Positions 24,836 through 32,771 of a DNA stretch of 32,771 nt are shown here, piece by piece. The translations under genes were made by a program, and so were the position numbers. The DNA comes from Candidatus Njordarchaeota archaeon (lineage in GTDB: Archaea; Asgardarchaeota; Njordarchaeia; Njordarchaeales; Njordarchaeaceae), in assembly GCA_029856625.1 (NCBI GenBank), contig JAHKLG010000002.1, positions 1 through 32,771 of the forward strand. Reading direction: 5' to 3'. A model generated the notes under the pieces. The model was not told the DNA's origin, made no database searches, and was given only the letters and a program-made list of their open reading frames with translations. Position 1 is the stretch's first letter, and the number at the start of each line of letters is the position of its first letter.

Positions 24836-25166
24836 TGATCCCTTATTTTATAATCCCTAAAAACATATTTTGGCTGACTAGGCTTTTTATTCTTAAGATG
24901 ATATACCTTCTTAAGAAAAATTAAAACCAAATTTAAAAACTGAAATAGATTGATGAGACTCAAAGATATAGGAAGATAGAGATCCCCCAACAGGGCTAAA
25001 TCTGGTAACGTTTTCCTAATGGATTTAGAGGAGAAATTAGATTAATGTAGTTTGGAGGAACATTTGAGAACCTTTGCCTAAATTTATTCAATATCCTCGG
25101 ATCCCTGTTAAGAGATGACTAACACTATATCAGAAACCAATTTTAGAGTTTTGGGTGAAGAACTTA

Positions 25167-26204
25167 ATGAAGGCGGCTATAATCTACTCAGAAATTTACG
25201 AAAAAGTTGATTTTGGCCCTGATCATCCATTTAAACGCGAACGCTTTATTCTTACTAAGAGATTGTTTGAGGAAGAATTCCCAGAAATCCCATTCCTTGA
25301 GCCAGATGTTGTTGATTTAAGTTACCTAAGAAAAGTACATTCTAATGGTTACATAGAAAAGGTAAAGAGACTAAGTATGCGAGGCTATGGTTACTTATCT
25401 ATTGACACTCCCGTGTTTAAGGGCATTTATGAATGGGCTCTGACTTATTGTGGTGGGAGTCTATTAGGTGCTAAGGAATTATTAAAGGGGAGCTACAGAG
25501 TTGTGTTTAATCCTTGTGGAGGTCTTCACCATGCAAAATATGATGATGACGGAGGTTTTTGCGTATTTAATGATGTTGCGCTTGCTGCTGTGTATTTTTA
25601 TGAAAAAGGAAAAAGAACCGCTATCGTAGATATTGATGCGCACGCTGGAGACGGTACAATGCTTATCTTATACGAGAAACCAGTATTGAAGATTAGTATT
25701 CATGAGGACCCGACTTTTTTGTATCCTGGTAACGGTTTTATTGATCAATTTGGTGCAGGTCCAGGGTACGGATATAATATCAACATTCCTCTTCCACCAG
25801 GTACATCTGATGAAGAGTTATTAATCGTTTTCAAAAATATTGTAATTCCAGCGCTCGAAAAATACGAGCCAGAATACATAATTTTACAGAGCGGTGTTGA
25901 TGGCTATAGAAAAGATCCTTTGACTCATCTCTCGTATACAGCTCACGGTTATCATCAAATAGCTGAACTATTAAGGAAAACTGAATTACCTATATTAATG
26001 CTTGGAGGTGGTGGATACTACGTTTCTGCAGTCCCAATTCTGTGGGCAACAATATTTGCGACTCTGATTGATAACTTTGAAAGAATCCGTTCCAAAGTTT
26101 TCAGTTTAGATCCAGAACCATCCAAATCAGATAAAGAAATAAAGTCATCTGTAAAGGAAATTGTTAAAATTCTTCTAGAGGAGCACCCATTCTTCAGAGA
26201 ATAA
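25167..26204 (+). CDS. Histone deacetylase-superfamily Zn-dependent deacetylase (AcuC/HDAC/acetylpolyamine amidohydrolase-like)
   Basis: GGLHHA, DIDAHAGDGT, SGVDGYRKDPL and GGGGY blocks carry the catalytic His pair and Asp/His metal ligands. ATG 25167 has GGGTGA 9 nt upstream. The longest ORF starts at GTG 25155. Confidence 0.85.
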   Translation: MKAAIIYSEIYEKVDFGPDHPFKRERFILTKRLFEEEFPEIPFLEPDVVDLSYLRKVHSNGYIEKVKRLSMRGYGYLSIDTPVFKGIYEWALTYCGGSLLGAKELLKGSYRVVFNPCGGLHHAKYDDDGGFCVFNDVALAAVYFYEKGKRTAIVDIDAHAGDGTMLILYEKPVLKISIHEDPTFLYPGNGFIDQFGAGPGYGYNINIPLPPGTSDEELLIVFKNIVIPALEKYEPEYIILQSGVDGYRKDPLTHLSYTAHGYHQIAELLRKTELPILMLGGGGYYVSAVPILWATIFATLIDNFERIRSKVFSLDPEPSKSDKEIKSSVKEIVKILLEEHPFFRE

Positions 26205-26225
26205 GTAAATGGATGTTTAAAATTG

Positions 26226-26933
26226 CTATTTCTCTATTAGAATTGCTCCTTGAGGACATTTGAGAAGCTCGAGAACATTCTGACTAAGCATTTTAATAAT
26301 CGTTTTCTCAGAAAGTCCTAAGTTTAAAAAGATGGCGCGAAGCGCTCTAGGAGAAATTAGTTGAAAAATATCTTCGGCTCCGCTACCGAATAATATTCTT
26401 TCATTAACCTTTTCAAAGAGTTTTACCTTCCTTCTAAATAGACCAAAAATCTTAGCCCTTTCTGGTGGTTTTAATTCAAGAAGTTTTTTAATACGAATTT
26501 CCAGGAATGAAAACTTGGTCTGCTTTATTAAATTAATATGCTTTTCTGCGAGGATCTCAGAGAGGAAAGATATATCAGCGCTTATCACGGTTATATCTCT
26601 TGCTCTTAGAGCTCGCTCAAAGTTTTTCTCGTCCTTTGGTACAAAGAAAGTGATATATGGAATGTTCTCCTTTTGGAAAAAATTTATGAGTTTCTCATCT
26701 AATGAAGAGACCTTTGGGAGTTTAATGAAGAATATTAGGTGGATCTTATTCTTTAAAATTTGAAGATGCCCTCTAAGGAAATCTCTTAACTGTTCTGTCT
26801 CCATGTCACTTATAAATTTCTCAATCGAGATTCCTACGCCACTAAAACCTAAATGATGTGCAAAAAAGATTAACTCTAGAAAATTCTCCTTAGAGGGGAT
26901 TAAATGAGAATCAAAATATTTTTTTCGAGCCAT
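26226..26933 (-). CDS. rnp3: RNase P protein component 3 (Rpp30/Rnp3)
   Basis: 235 aa. N-terminal YFDSHLIP..HLGFSGVGI and C-terminal RILFGSGAEDIFQLISPRALRAIFLNLGLSEKTIIKMLSQNVLELL follow the Rpp30 TIM-barrel pattern (..SSdAxxxxelRsPxdlxxlxxxLGl..). Confidence 0.65.
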   Translation of the reverse strand: MARKKYFDSHLIPSKENFLELIFFAHHLGFSGVGISIEKFISDMETEQLRDFLRGHLQILKNKIHLIFFIKLPKVSSLDEKLINFFQKENIPYITFFVPKDEKNFERALRARDITVISADISFLSEILAEKHINLIKQTKFSFLEIRIKKLLELKPPERAKIFGLFRRKVKLFEKVNERILFGSGAEDIFQLISPRALRAIFLNLGLSEKTIIKMLSQNVLELLKCPQGAILIEK

Positions 26934-26948
26934 TCTTTAGCCCCATTA

Positions 26949-29900
26949 CTAGAAAAATTCATCTAATGAAATAATTTTTCTGCCACGTACCACTTCTCCC
27001 TCAATATCCGACAAGTCTTGATCATATTTTTCAGCTAATTGATTAAGCATGCCTTCTATATCACCGCTACTAGAGACCGAGAATAAAAGTAGATCCGTTT
27101 CTTGAAAAACAGTGAATCTTTGTGAATTATAAGGGCTTGCTCCGTACCTCGACAGCAGTTCTTTTGCAACGGGAGCGTATTTGAGCACTGTTTTTTGGAA
27201 AATTGTTTGTATGATCTTTCCTCCGCATTTTGTGCACTTGCCCATTAATGGTGGCCTGCGGTAACGGGTATTACATGACGTGCACCTAAACTGTTGTGTT
27301 CCAAAAGCCCTTAAGTTACCCATGATGTCTGGGAACAAATGAGCCTCCAGAATCTTATCCGATACTTCCGTAATATTTATTGCTTGAATTTTCTCCATGA
27401 GGGAAAATTGCCTTTTTATCTTCTCCTTCATGGATTTTAAGGCCTTATAAGACGTTACAGTAGGCCCACAAGCAATATCAGATGTATTGTGAGAAAAGTA
27501 AAATCCATAATACTGTTCGGGCTTTCCAAGTTTCTTTTCTACATTCATTATAAGCTCTTCCACTTCGTCTGGTTTTGGAAAGTCTTGGGACTTTCTATAA
27601 AACTCGAGGGGGATCTTCTCCATAACATCCATGTTATAAACTTCGCTATCAACTTCTAGTGGGTTCAGGATTACTGTGACAACAAGTGGCGCGTCCATCA
27701 TACCTCCGCGAGTCTTGGGTAGATACTCTCTTGAGAAGTTTATTAGCGCGTCTAATAGCAAAATTATAGCGTCCTCATCTCCATCACAATTTCGTCTCTT
27801 AGCGGCATGCCAGTATGGATGCGCAAATGTACCCCTAGCCTTTGTAAGTCCTATAATTCTACCTATGATTCCCGCTGAAGTATGAGGAGCTAATCCTATG
27901 ACTAAATGTCCAATGAGATCCTCTTTAGTCTCTATATTGTAAAAAGGTTCCAGGCCATAAAATTTCACTAAAAGCTCATCAACAAATTTAGCTACCCTAA
28001 CCAAGTATTCCGCAGCATCTTCATTAATAATTATATCTTGTACTTTAAGCTCTACAATCTGATTCTCATCTATGAGAGGTTTACCATAAATGTCATGCGT
28101 ATATCCTAATTCTCTTAACCTTTCTATAGAAACACCAATTTCTTTTGGCTTGAAATGCGTAAGGGGTATATCGGTTGCATCAAACCTTATAGTTCCATCC
28201 TTAAATACATATAATCCATGACGACCCCTAAGAACTCCCTTTTCAAGGGGCTCGGGTATCTTTTTTCCAGACGTCAATCCTATAACTCCTTTTAATTCCT
28301 TCGGAGTAGGGACTTTTAGTCTTGTTGTAGCCTTTTGTAAGACTTTAGCAATATCTATTGTATACGATCTGTACGGTACCATTCTGATACCGCATTTTGG
28401 GCACAATTGCTCTTCACTAGCTTCTCTCCCACATCTAGGACAACGATAAATGATTACTGTTCTATTACCGCATTCGGGACACTTATTCTCGTATGTATAA
28501 ATGTTACAGCGTTTGCAGTATTTACTAACTGCTTCAATTTTACTTTTTTGTTTATTTATTGCAGCTCTAATGATTGATCTAGATCTCGATCCTATATTAC
28601 CAATCGGAAATAAAACGTGAACCGGCGGCTTCATCATTCTCTCTTTAGCTTTTTCTGGTCTCCCCATTCTCGCGCCTATGAATACGGGGTATTTGTCCCT
28701 TATATCAATGCCGCTCTTCCTCACAGCATCTAGTCCATCTTTAATTGAACTTACGTTCTCAGGAACTCTCCTTAAAAGCTTTTTAAGTAAAATCATATCT
28801 TGAGAATTCAGAACAATTTTTCCATCCTTAATGTAGTGTTCTATGAAAAGTTTTTCCAGAATTTCCTTTATGTTCTCCTTGTATTCTAACTCATTATCCC
28901 AAGCTTTCTCGATTGCCGTCTTAAGCAATACAACTTCGTATCCAGTGATATTTCTCCAGAAATATACCCATCGTGGGTGAAGAGGAATTTTTAATTTCTC
29001 TGATATCAGCAAAGCAAAGGTGGCATCTCTTTCTGCCTTAGCTATAATGTCGGATAGGCTCATTCCTTCTATATTCCATTTTCTCTCTTTTAGTGCTTCC
29101 TCTAATTCTTGTTCCCACCATTCTTCTACGATGGGAGATGGTAGAATTACATGATTATTTTCTAAGAATTCTCCGATAGCTATTAGGATATCTCCTAGAA
29201 AGAGAATTTTTTCTATCTTACCCCTAATCTCTTTAGCTTGCTCTACCGTTCGAACAAAAACAACAGACCCATCTTTAAGCTTTACTAAAGGGGGCATTAT
29301 AGAGTCTACGGGCAATACCACAGCTCCTTTGCCGGGTCTCTCGGTTTTTATCTGCGTGCCAATAGCCAAAAATTCGTCTAAGATATACATCGTTGCGGGA
29401 TGAATTCCGACTGCAGCTAATCCAGTGTTTCTTGATCTTCCATACCTTAATCTGAATCCACCAATCGCTGATGGAGAAGAAAGCACAGGTCTTCCAGCGA
29501 TTACATCGCTCAAATAAGTATAATCAGGAGAAATTTCTCTCTCATTCTCATTTTTATTTCCATCATGTTCTAATGCATTAGCCTTCAGTACGAATTCCTT
29601 TAACCACTCCCAACCAGAGATCTTGCATCTCTCAATTATCTTAAGTACTTTTTTTGCTTTAGCGATTAATCCATCATTTATAGCTAATACAGCTCCTCCT
29701 CGTACCTTACTGGTTTCTATGTCTGGCAAATTTCTATAAGGCCCTGAGACCTCAACATCGAGAGTAGCCTCACCCGTCACTTCAATCGGGAGATGCTTTA
29801 ATACATAAATTATTTTCTCTCGATCTACAGGATATTGGAGATTAGAATGCCTATTATATAGAACTACTTCCTCTACAAATCTTTCAATTGCCCTATCTGA

Positions 29901-30440
29901 TGCCCTATAAGGAGGCAAACCTAAAACTTGTCTTACATAATCTGCTATAACTATTGTTAACGCTGTTTCTGTCCCACCTGCTGATCTTATTGGTCCAGCA
30001 TAGTACACTGCAAGATGTCCATCTTTTCTTATCTTCACTTGAGTAATTCCTTCTAGGGGAGCTGCTGTAATCCCATTAACGAGAATTGCTGTGGCTGTTT
30101 TTATTGCTTGTTCTGCTCTTTTTTCTAAGTTTTCTATTCCATATTTTCCTTCTGCAATCTCTTTGGCAATTATGAATGCTATTTCTTCAGTTTCCTTTCC
30201 ATCATTCAGAAGTTCTCTAATTCTCTTAGCAATTCCCGGAGGACCTATCATTGCCTCTACTCGTGAAGCCATATCTGTAGCAATCTTTATTTCCGGAAAT
30301 GGTTGGGGATCAAAACCTTTTTCTCTGGCTTTTCTGGCGACTTCATAAGCTGCTGTTACCTTTCTAATTATGTCTAAGAAGTAACTCCTCAACTCTTCAG
30401 GCATTTTGATATCTTTTGGAATTTCTATTCTCATCATCAT
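26949..30440 (-). CDS. polC: DNA polymerase II (PolD) large subunit DP2
   Basis: 1163 aa. Characteristic N-terminus (..YFLDIIRKVTAAYEVARKAREKGFDP..). Clustered CxxC zinc modules (CKRCN..CPECG..CPRCG..CPKCG; CTSCN..CTKCGG). DP2-type blocks such as GEATLDVEV and HPYWHAAKRRNCDGDED. No intein-sized insertion. Confidence 0.93.
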   Translation of the reverse strand: MMMRIEIPKDIKMPEELRSYFLDIIRKVTAAYEVARKAREKGFDPQPFPEIKIATDMASRVEAMIGPPGIAKRIRELLNDGKETEEIAFIIAKEIAEGKYGIENLEKRAEQAIKTATAILVNGITAAPLEGITQVKIRKDGHLAVYYAGPIRSAGGTETALTIVIADYVRQVLGLPPYRASDRAIERFVEEVVLYNRHSNLQYPVDREKIIYVLKHLPIEVTGEATLDVEVSGPYRNLPDIETSKVRGGAVLAINDGLIAKAKKVLKIIERCKISGWEWLKEFVLKANALEHDGNKNENEREISPDYTYLSDVIAGRPVLSSPSAIGGFRLRYGRSRNTGLAAVGIHPATMYILDEFLAIGTQIKTERPGKGAVVLPVDSIMPPLVKLKDGSVVFVRTVEQAKEIRGKIEKILFLGDILIAIGEFLENNHVILPSPIVEEWWEQELEEALKERKWNIEGMSLSDIIAKAERDATFALLISEKLKIPLHPRWVYFWRNITGYEVVLLKTAIEKAWDNELEYKENIKEILEKLFIEHYIKDGKIVLNSQDMILLKKLLRRVPENVSSIKDGLDAVRKSGIDIRDKYPVFIGARMGRPEKAKERMMKPPVHVLFPIGNIGSRSRSIIRAAINKQKSKIEAVSKYCKRCNIYTYENKCPECGNRTVIIYRCPRCGREASEEQLCPKCGIRMVPYRSYTIDIAKVLQKATTRLKVPTPKELKGVIGLTSGKKIPEPLEKGVLRGRHGLYVFKDGTIRFDATDIPLTHFKPKEIGVSIERLRELGYTHDIYGKPLIDENQIVELKVQDIIINEDAAEYLVRVAKFVDELLVKFYGLEPFYNIETKEDLIGHLVIGLAPHTSAGIIGRIIGLTKARGTFAHPYWHAAKRRNCDGDEDAIILLLDALINFSREYLPKTRGGMMDAPLVVTVILNPLEVDSEVYNMDVMEKIPLEFYRKSQDFPKPDEVEELIMNVEKKLGKPEQYYGFYFSHNTSDIACGPTVTSYKALKSMKEKIKRQFSLMEKIQAINITEVSDKILEAHLFPDIMGNLRAFGTQQFRCTSCNTRYRRPPLMGKCTKCGGKIIQTIFQKTVLKYAPVAKELLSRYGASPYNSQRFTVFQETDLLLFSVSSSGDIEGMLNQLAEKYDQDLSDIEGEVVRGRKIISLDEFF

Positions 30441-30584
30441 ATTCGCCTAAGACTTTGTGGAAAAAATCAACTACTGGGAAAGTTCTCGAAGCTAATTAAT
30501 GGTTATGGTTTACTTTCATTCGAGAGAGTCACCAAATATTTGAAACTAGCAAACATGTGTCTCATACAAACCCTTTAACAATGC

Positions 30585-31844
30585 TCACTGATTAACCATA
30601 TGTTTAAGAAGAATTACAATATCTCGTACTTTCGCATTTGTTTTTATTCCCCTCGGATTAAAATGCGTCCGAGAAGCTTTGTAGCCCTTGCTTTTAAGTG
30701 AGTTAATCACCGAATTAATAGAAGGAATCGACATTCGCAATCTCCTCGCAATTTCCTGTAAGTCATAAAAGAAAGGAATGTCTATTGCTTCTAATTCCCA
30801 CTCAAAGATTCTTTTAATTAACTTAGCATTCCTTGGATTTACACTCAATTCATCTATTTTCTTTAACATTTCCCTTGAAAATTCCTCTTCAAATATCCTC
30901 CCAAGCCACAAAGGACCTATAATCTCTGTTAATCCATGTTCCTCCATTTCACAGAGTTCTCTTGGTCTGTTCTGCAATCCTTTACTAAAGTAGAACTGAG
31001 TACAAATGTTACAGAAAGATACCCACCCAATTTCCTTCCAGAACTTATCAGCTTCCTTTCTTCCTCTGAGAACCAGTAAAGCTAGTTTAATAAAATGATG
31101 AGAAAAAATTGCAAAAAGCGGAACTATTCTTCTAGCCAGAATACTAGCTTCACGTCCTATGAAATATATCAGCGCACGCACAGCCATTTCTTTGGAGAAG
31201 GGGCTTTTCACGAGAAAACAGCCATACTTCCTCATAGCTGCTTCTATGAATTTTCCAACTAATGGTGCTGTATCTGTAGCAGTGACTAATAATAACCCAC
31301 CTTTCCCTTTTATACATCGTACAGCATTAAAAATAAAGCGTGCTGGTGATCCATACGGATCAATTTCAATTATATCTGGTATCATGCCCGTGTTTCTAAG
31401 ACGTAAGAATAGATAGTTCGCATCATAGTTTGTAATGGTTAAATCACTTTCTATTTTTAGGTAGGATGCGTTAAATTTCATTATCTTTATGCTTAGCTTG
31501 TTTATATCATTCAACAAAACTTTCACTTTAGGATTCTTTATCTCGTTTAACACTCTAAAGCCACGGATTCCAGTTCCAGCTAGAGCCTCTATATATAGGA
31601 TTCTTTCATCCTCTTTTTTTGGTTGCCAGTATAAATCCATGTAAGCTTTAATCGCAAGAAGGGAGAGATCTCGATTGACTTCCATAACCGGATTATAAAA
31701 AACCGGGAGAGAGGTGGGCATATATTCGTTTTTCCTCTTAACATAATAAAAGGGATCAGGTACAAAGATTTCCGTCTTTCCCTCTCTAATTTTTCGGAGA
31801 TGTAAATTATCAACAACTACTGTCTCTCTAAGAAACTCCACCAA
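30585..31844 (-). CDS. trm1: tRNA (guanine26-N2)-dimethyltransferase Trm1
   Basis: FYNPVMEVNRDLS, SAM-binding EALAGTGIRGFRVLNE, IDPYGSP, LLVTATD. 419 aa. Confidence 0.85.
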   Translation of the reverse strand: MVEFLRETVVVDNLHLRKIREGKTEIFVPDPFYYVKRKNEYMPTSLPVFYNPVMEVNRDLSLLAIKAYMDLYWQPKKEDERILYIEALAGTGIRGFRVLNEIKNPKVKVLLNDINKLSIKIMKFNASYLKIESDLTITNYDANYLFLRLRNTGMIPDIIEIDPYGSPARFIFNAVRCIKGKGGLLLVTATDTAPLVGKFIEAAMRKYGCFLVKSPFSKEMAVRALIYFIGREASILARRIVPLFAIFSHHFIKLALLVLRGRKEADKFWKEIGWVSFCNICTQFYFSKGLQNRPRELCEMEEHGLTEIIGPLWLGRIFEEEFSREMLKKIDELSVNPRNAKLIKRIFEWELEAIDIPFFYDLQEIARRLRMSIPSINSVINSLKSKGYKASRTHFNPRGIKTNAKVRDIVILLKHMVNQ

Positions 31845-31865
31845 AAATTCTCACCAAAATGTCCC

Positions 31866-32246
31866 TCAGCCTTTTATCATTGGAATTTTGACTTTGTGGT
31901 ACCGGAATTGCCGGAACCAGTAATCTAGATATGGACATTTTTCTGGTGCGTATAGAGATCCTCCTACATAACACTCATAAAGATGTTCACATGATAAGCA
32001 GGGAAATGATTCAAGTGCATTATTGAATATTGATCTCTTCTTTACAACCACTTTTCCCTGATAATCATTGTCGTATTCTATTAGGTAAAGCCGATGTAGA
32101 GTCTCTAGTGCAAGGCTTGCTTCTCTAGAGCTGAAACCTAATTCTTCGACCATTTCATAAATTTCGGTTAAAGAAACCCCATTCTTTTGCTTTCTGAGAT
32201 AAGACCATATAATAGAAATTAAATCGGGCTCCTTCATTTCCTTCAT
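31866..32246 (-). CDS. Winged-helix plus 4-Cys (Fe-S type) protein, RPC34/TFE-beta-like (tentative)
   Basis: N-terminal WH (LISIIWSYLRKQKNGVSLTEIYEMVEELGFSSREASLALETLHRLYLIEY). C-terminal PCLSCEHLYECYVGGSLYAPEKCPYLDYWF gives C-x2-C-x5-C-x11-C followed by Y..W. This is the pattern I recall for the RPC34/RPC39 and crenarchaeal TFE-beta Fe-S domain. Confidence 0.5.
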   Translation of the reverse strand: MKEMKEPDLISIIWSYLRKQKNGVSLTEIYEMVEELGFSSREASLALETLHRLYLIEYDNDYQGKVVVKKRSIFNNALESFPCLSCEHLYECYVGGSLYAPEKCPYLDYWFRQFRYHKVKIPMIKG

Positions 32247-32341
32247 AGAGTATAACCCAGTTGAATACTTATTGAAATATAATTTTGTTTAACTTTTATG
32301 GAGTTTTGCTAGTAATAAAGATAGTTCGATAGGGATTAAAA

Positions 32342-32771
32342 GTGAATCGCTATATATTTGATAAGAAAGTAACTGGTTCTATTACCACGCTCAAGAACTT
32401 CTTCTTAACAGGCCCTCCTAGGTCTGGTAAAACAACCTTACTTATGCAAATTATGAGCTCATTAAAGGAGTATAACGTAAGAATTGCTGGAATAATGTGT
32501 CCTGAGGTAAGGAGACACGGCTTTAGATGGGGATTCAAGATAATTGACTTGAAGAGAGGACGCGAAGGAATTCTAGCTAGTATTGAGGTGAGAAAGGGGC
32601 CTAGAATCTCTAAATATAGGGTGAATCTGCAGGATTTAGAGGAAATAGGAGTAAAAGCACTCGAAGAAGCCTTAGTGGATAATTCACAAGTTGTTATAAT
32701 CGATGAAATAGGAAAAATGGAACTCGTATCTCCAAAATTTTCTCGCGTTGTTAAATCACTATTAGATAGTA
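32342..32771 (+). CDS. THEP1/NTPCR-family nucleoside-triphosphatase (COG1618), 3'-truncated by the window edge
   Basis: The frame is open from the TAG at 32330-32332 to the window end. Walker A FFLTGPPRSGKTTLL, Walker B VVIIDEIGKMEL, and RWGFKIIDL. It is missing from the ORF track because it has no stop. GTG 32342 is the only obvious start. Confidence 0.75.
   Translation, partial: MNRYIFDKKVTGSITTLKNFFLTGPPRSGKTTLLMQIMSSLKEYNVRIAGIMCPEVRRHGFRWGFKIIDLKRGREGILASIEVRKGPRISKYRVNLQDLEEIGVKALEEALVDNSQVVIIDEIGKMELVSPKFSRVVKSLLDS

Noticed and set aside
24951-24956. TGATGA lies in the long DRG/HDAC spacer, preceded by CTGA 8 nt upstream.
   Set aside because: The box order and spacing do not fit a C/D sRNA. 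There is no downstream CTGA and no C box at the proper distance upstream (GATGATA at ~24897 is imperfect and 37 nt from the CTGA).
25013-25023. TTCC-TAAT-GGA palindrome resembling a mini-ORB origin recognition box.
   Set aside because: It is a single, imperfect copy. There is no repeated ORB set, no adjacent orc1/cdc6 gene and no obvious duplex-unwinding element organisation.
26949-30440. I checked PolD DP2 for inteins or a frameshift.
   Set aside because: The 1163-aa length is in the intein-free range and the ORF is continuous. I saw no intein splice-junction blocks or homing-endonuclease motifs.
30432-30440. ATGATGATGAG at the polC start looks like a C box.
   Set aside because: It is the triple-Met initiation region of DP2 (MMMRIEI..). 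No other sRNA boxes are present.

Overview
This is an AT-rich (roughly mid-30s % GC by eye) archaeal chromosomal segment. It is densely packed with about 35 genes, mostly on the minus strand, many with 4-nt overlaps. Housekeeping and information-processing genes dominate:
- Replication and RNA processing: DNA polymerase D large subunit (DP2), RNase P protein Rpp30, Trm1, RNase HII.
- Translation and folding: prefoldin alpha, r-proteins L21e and LX/L18Ae, type-2 MetAP, FtsY, a DRG-type GTPase.
- Other: mevalonate kinase, KEOPS Cgi121, an HDAC-family deacetylase, a PfkB kinase, a THEP1-type NTPase.
- RNA genes: tRNA-Glu(CUC) and tRNA-Leu(CAG).

I saw no CRISPR array, rRNA, transposase, integrase or recognisable defence gene. 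The interesting content is therefore not a mobile island. It is a set of poorly characterised or eukaryote-like genes embedded in core operons:
1. A ribophorin I/OST1-like membrane protein.
2. A translationally coupled IorA/IorB-like pair between MetAP and L21e. It appears to have lost the TPP and GGQG motifs but keeps a 2x[4Fe-4S] domain.
3. An RPC34/TFE-beta-like winged-helix plus Fe-S protein.
4. A GIFT (IFT52/GldG)-like domain protein next to a surface protein dense in N-glycosylation sequons.
5. A 616-aa orphan ending in LRGG, coupled to the PfkB kinase.
6. A candidate C/D box sRNA downstream of tRNA-Leu whose D' guide matches the D-arm of the tRNA-Glu in this window.

All functional calls come from motif and architecture recognition by eye. 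No database search or structure prediction was run.
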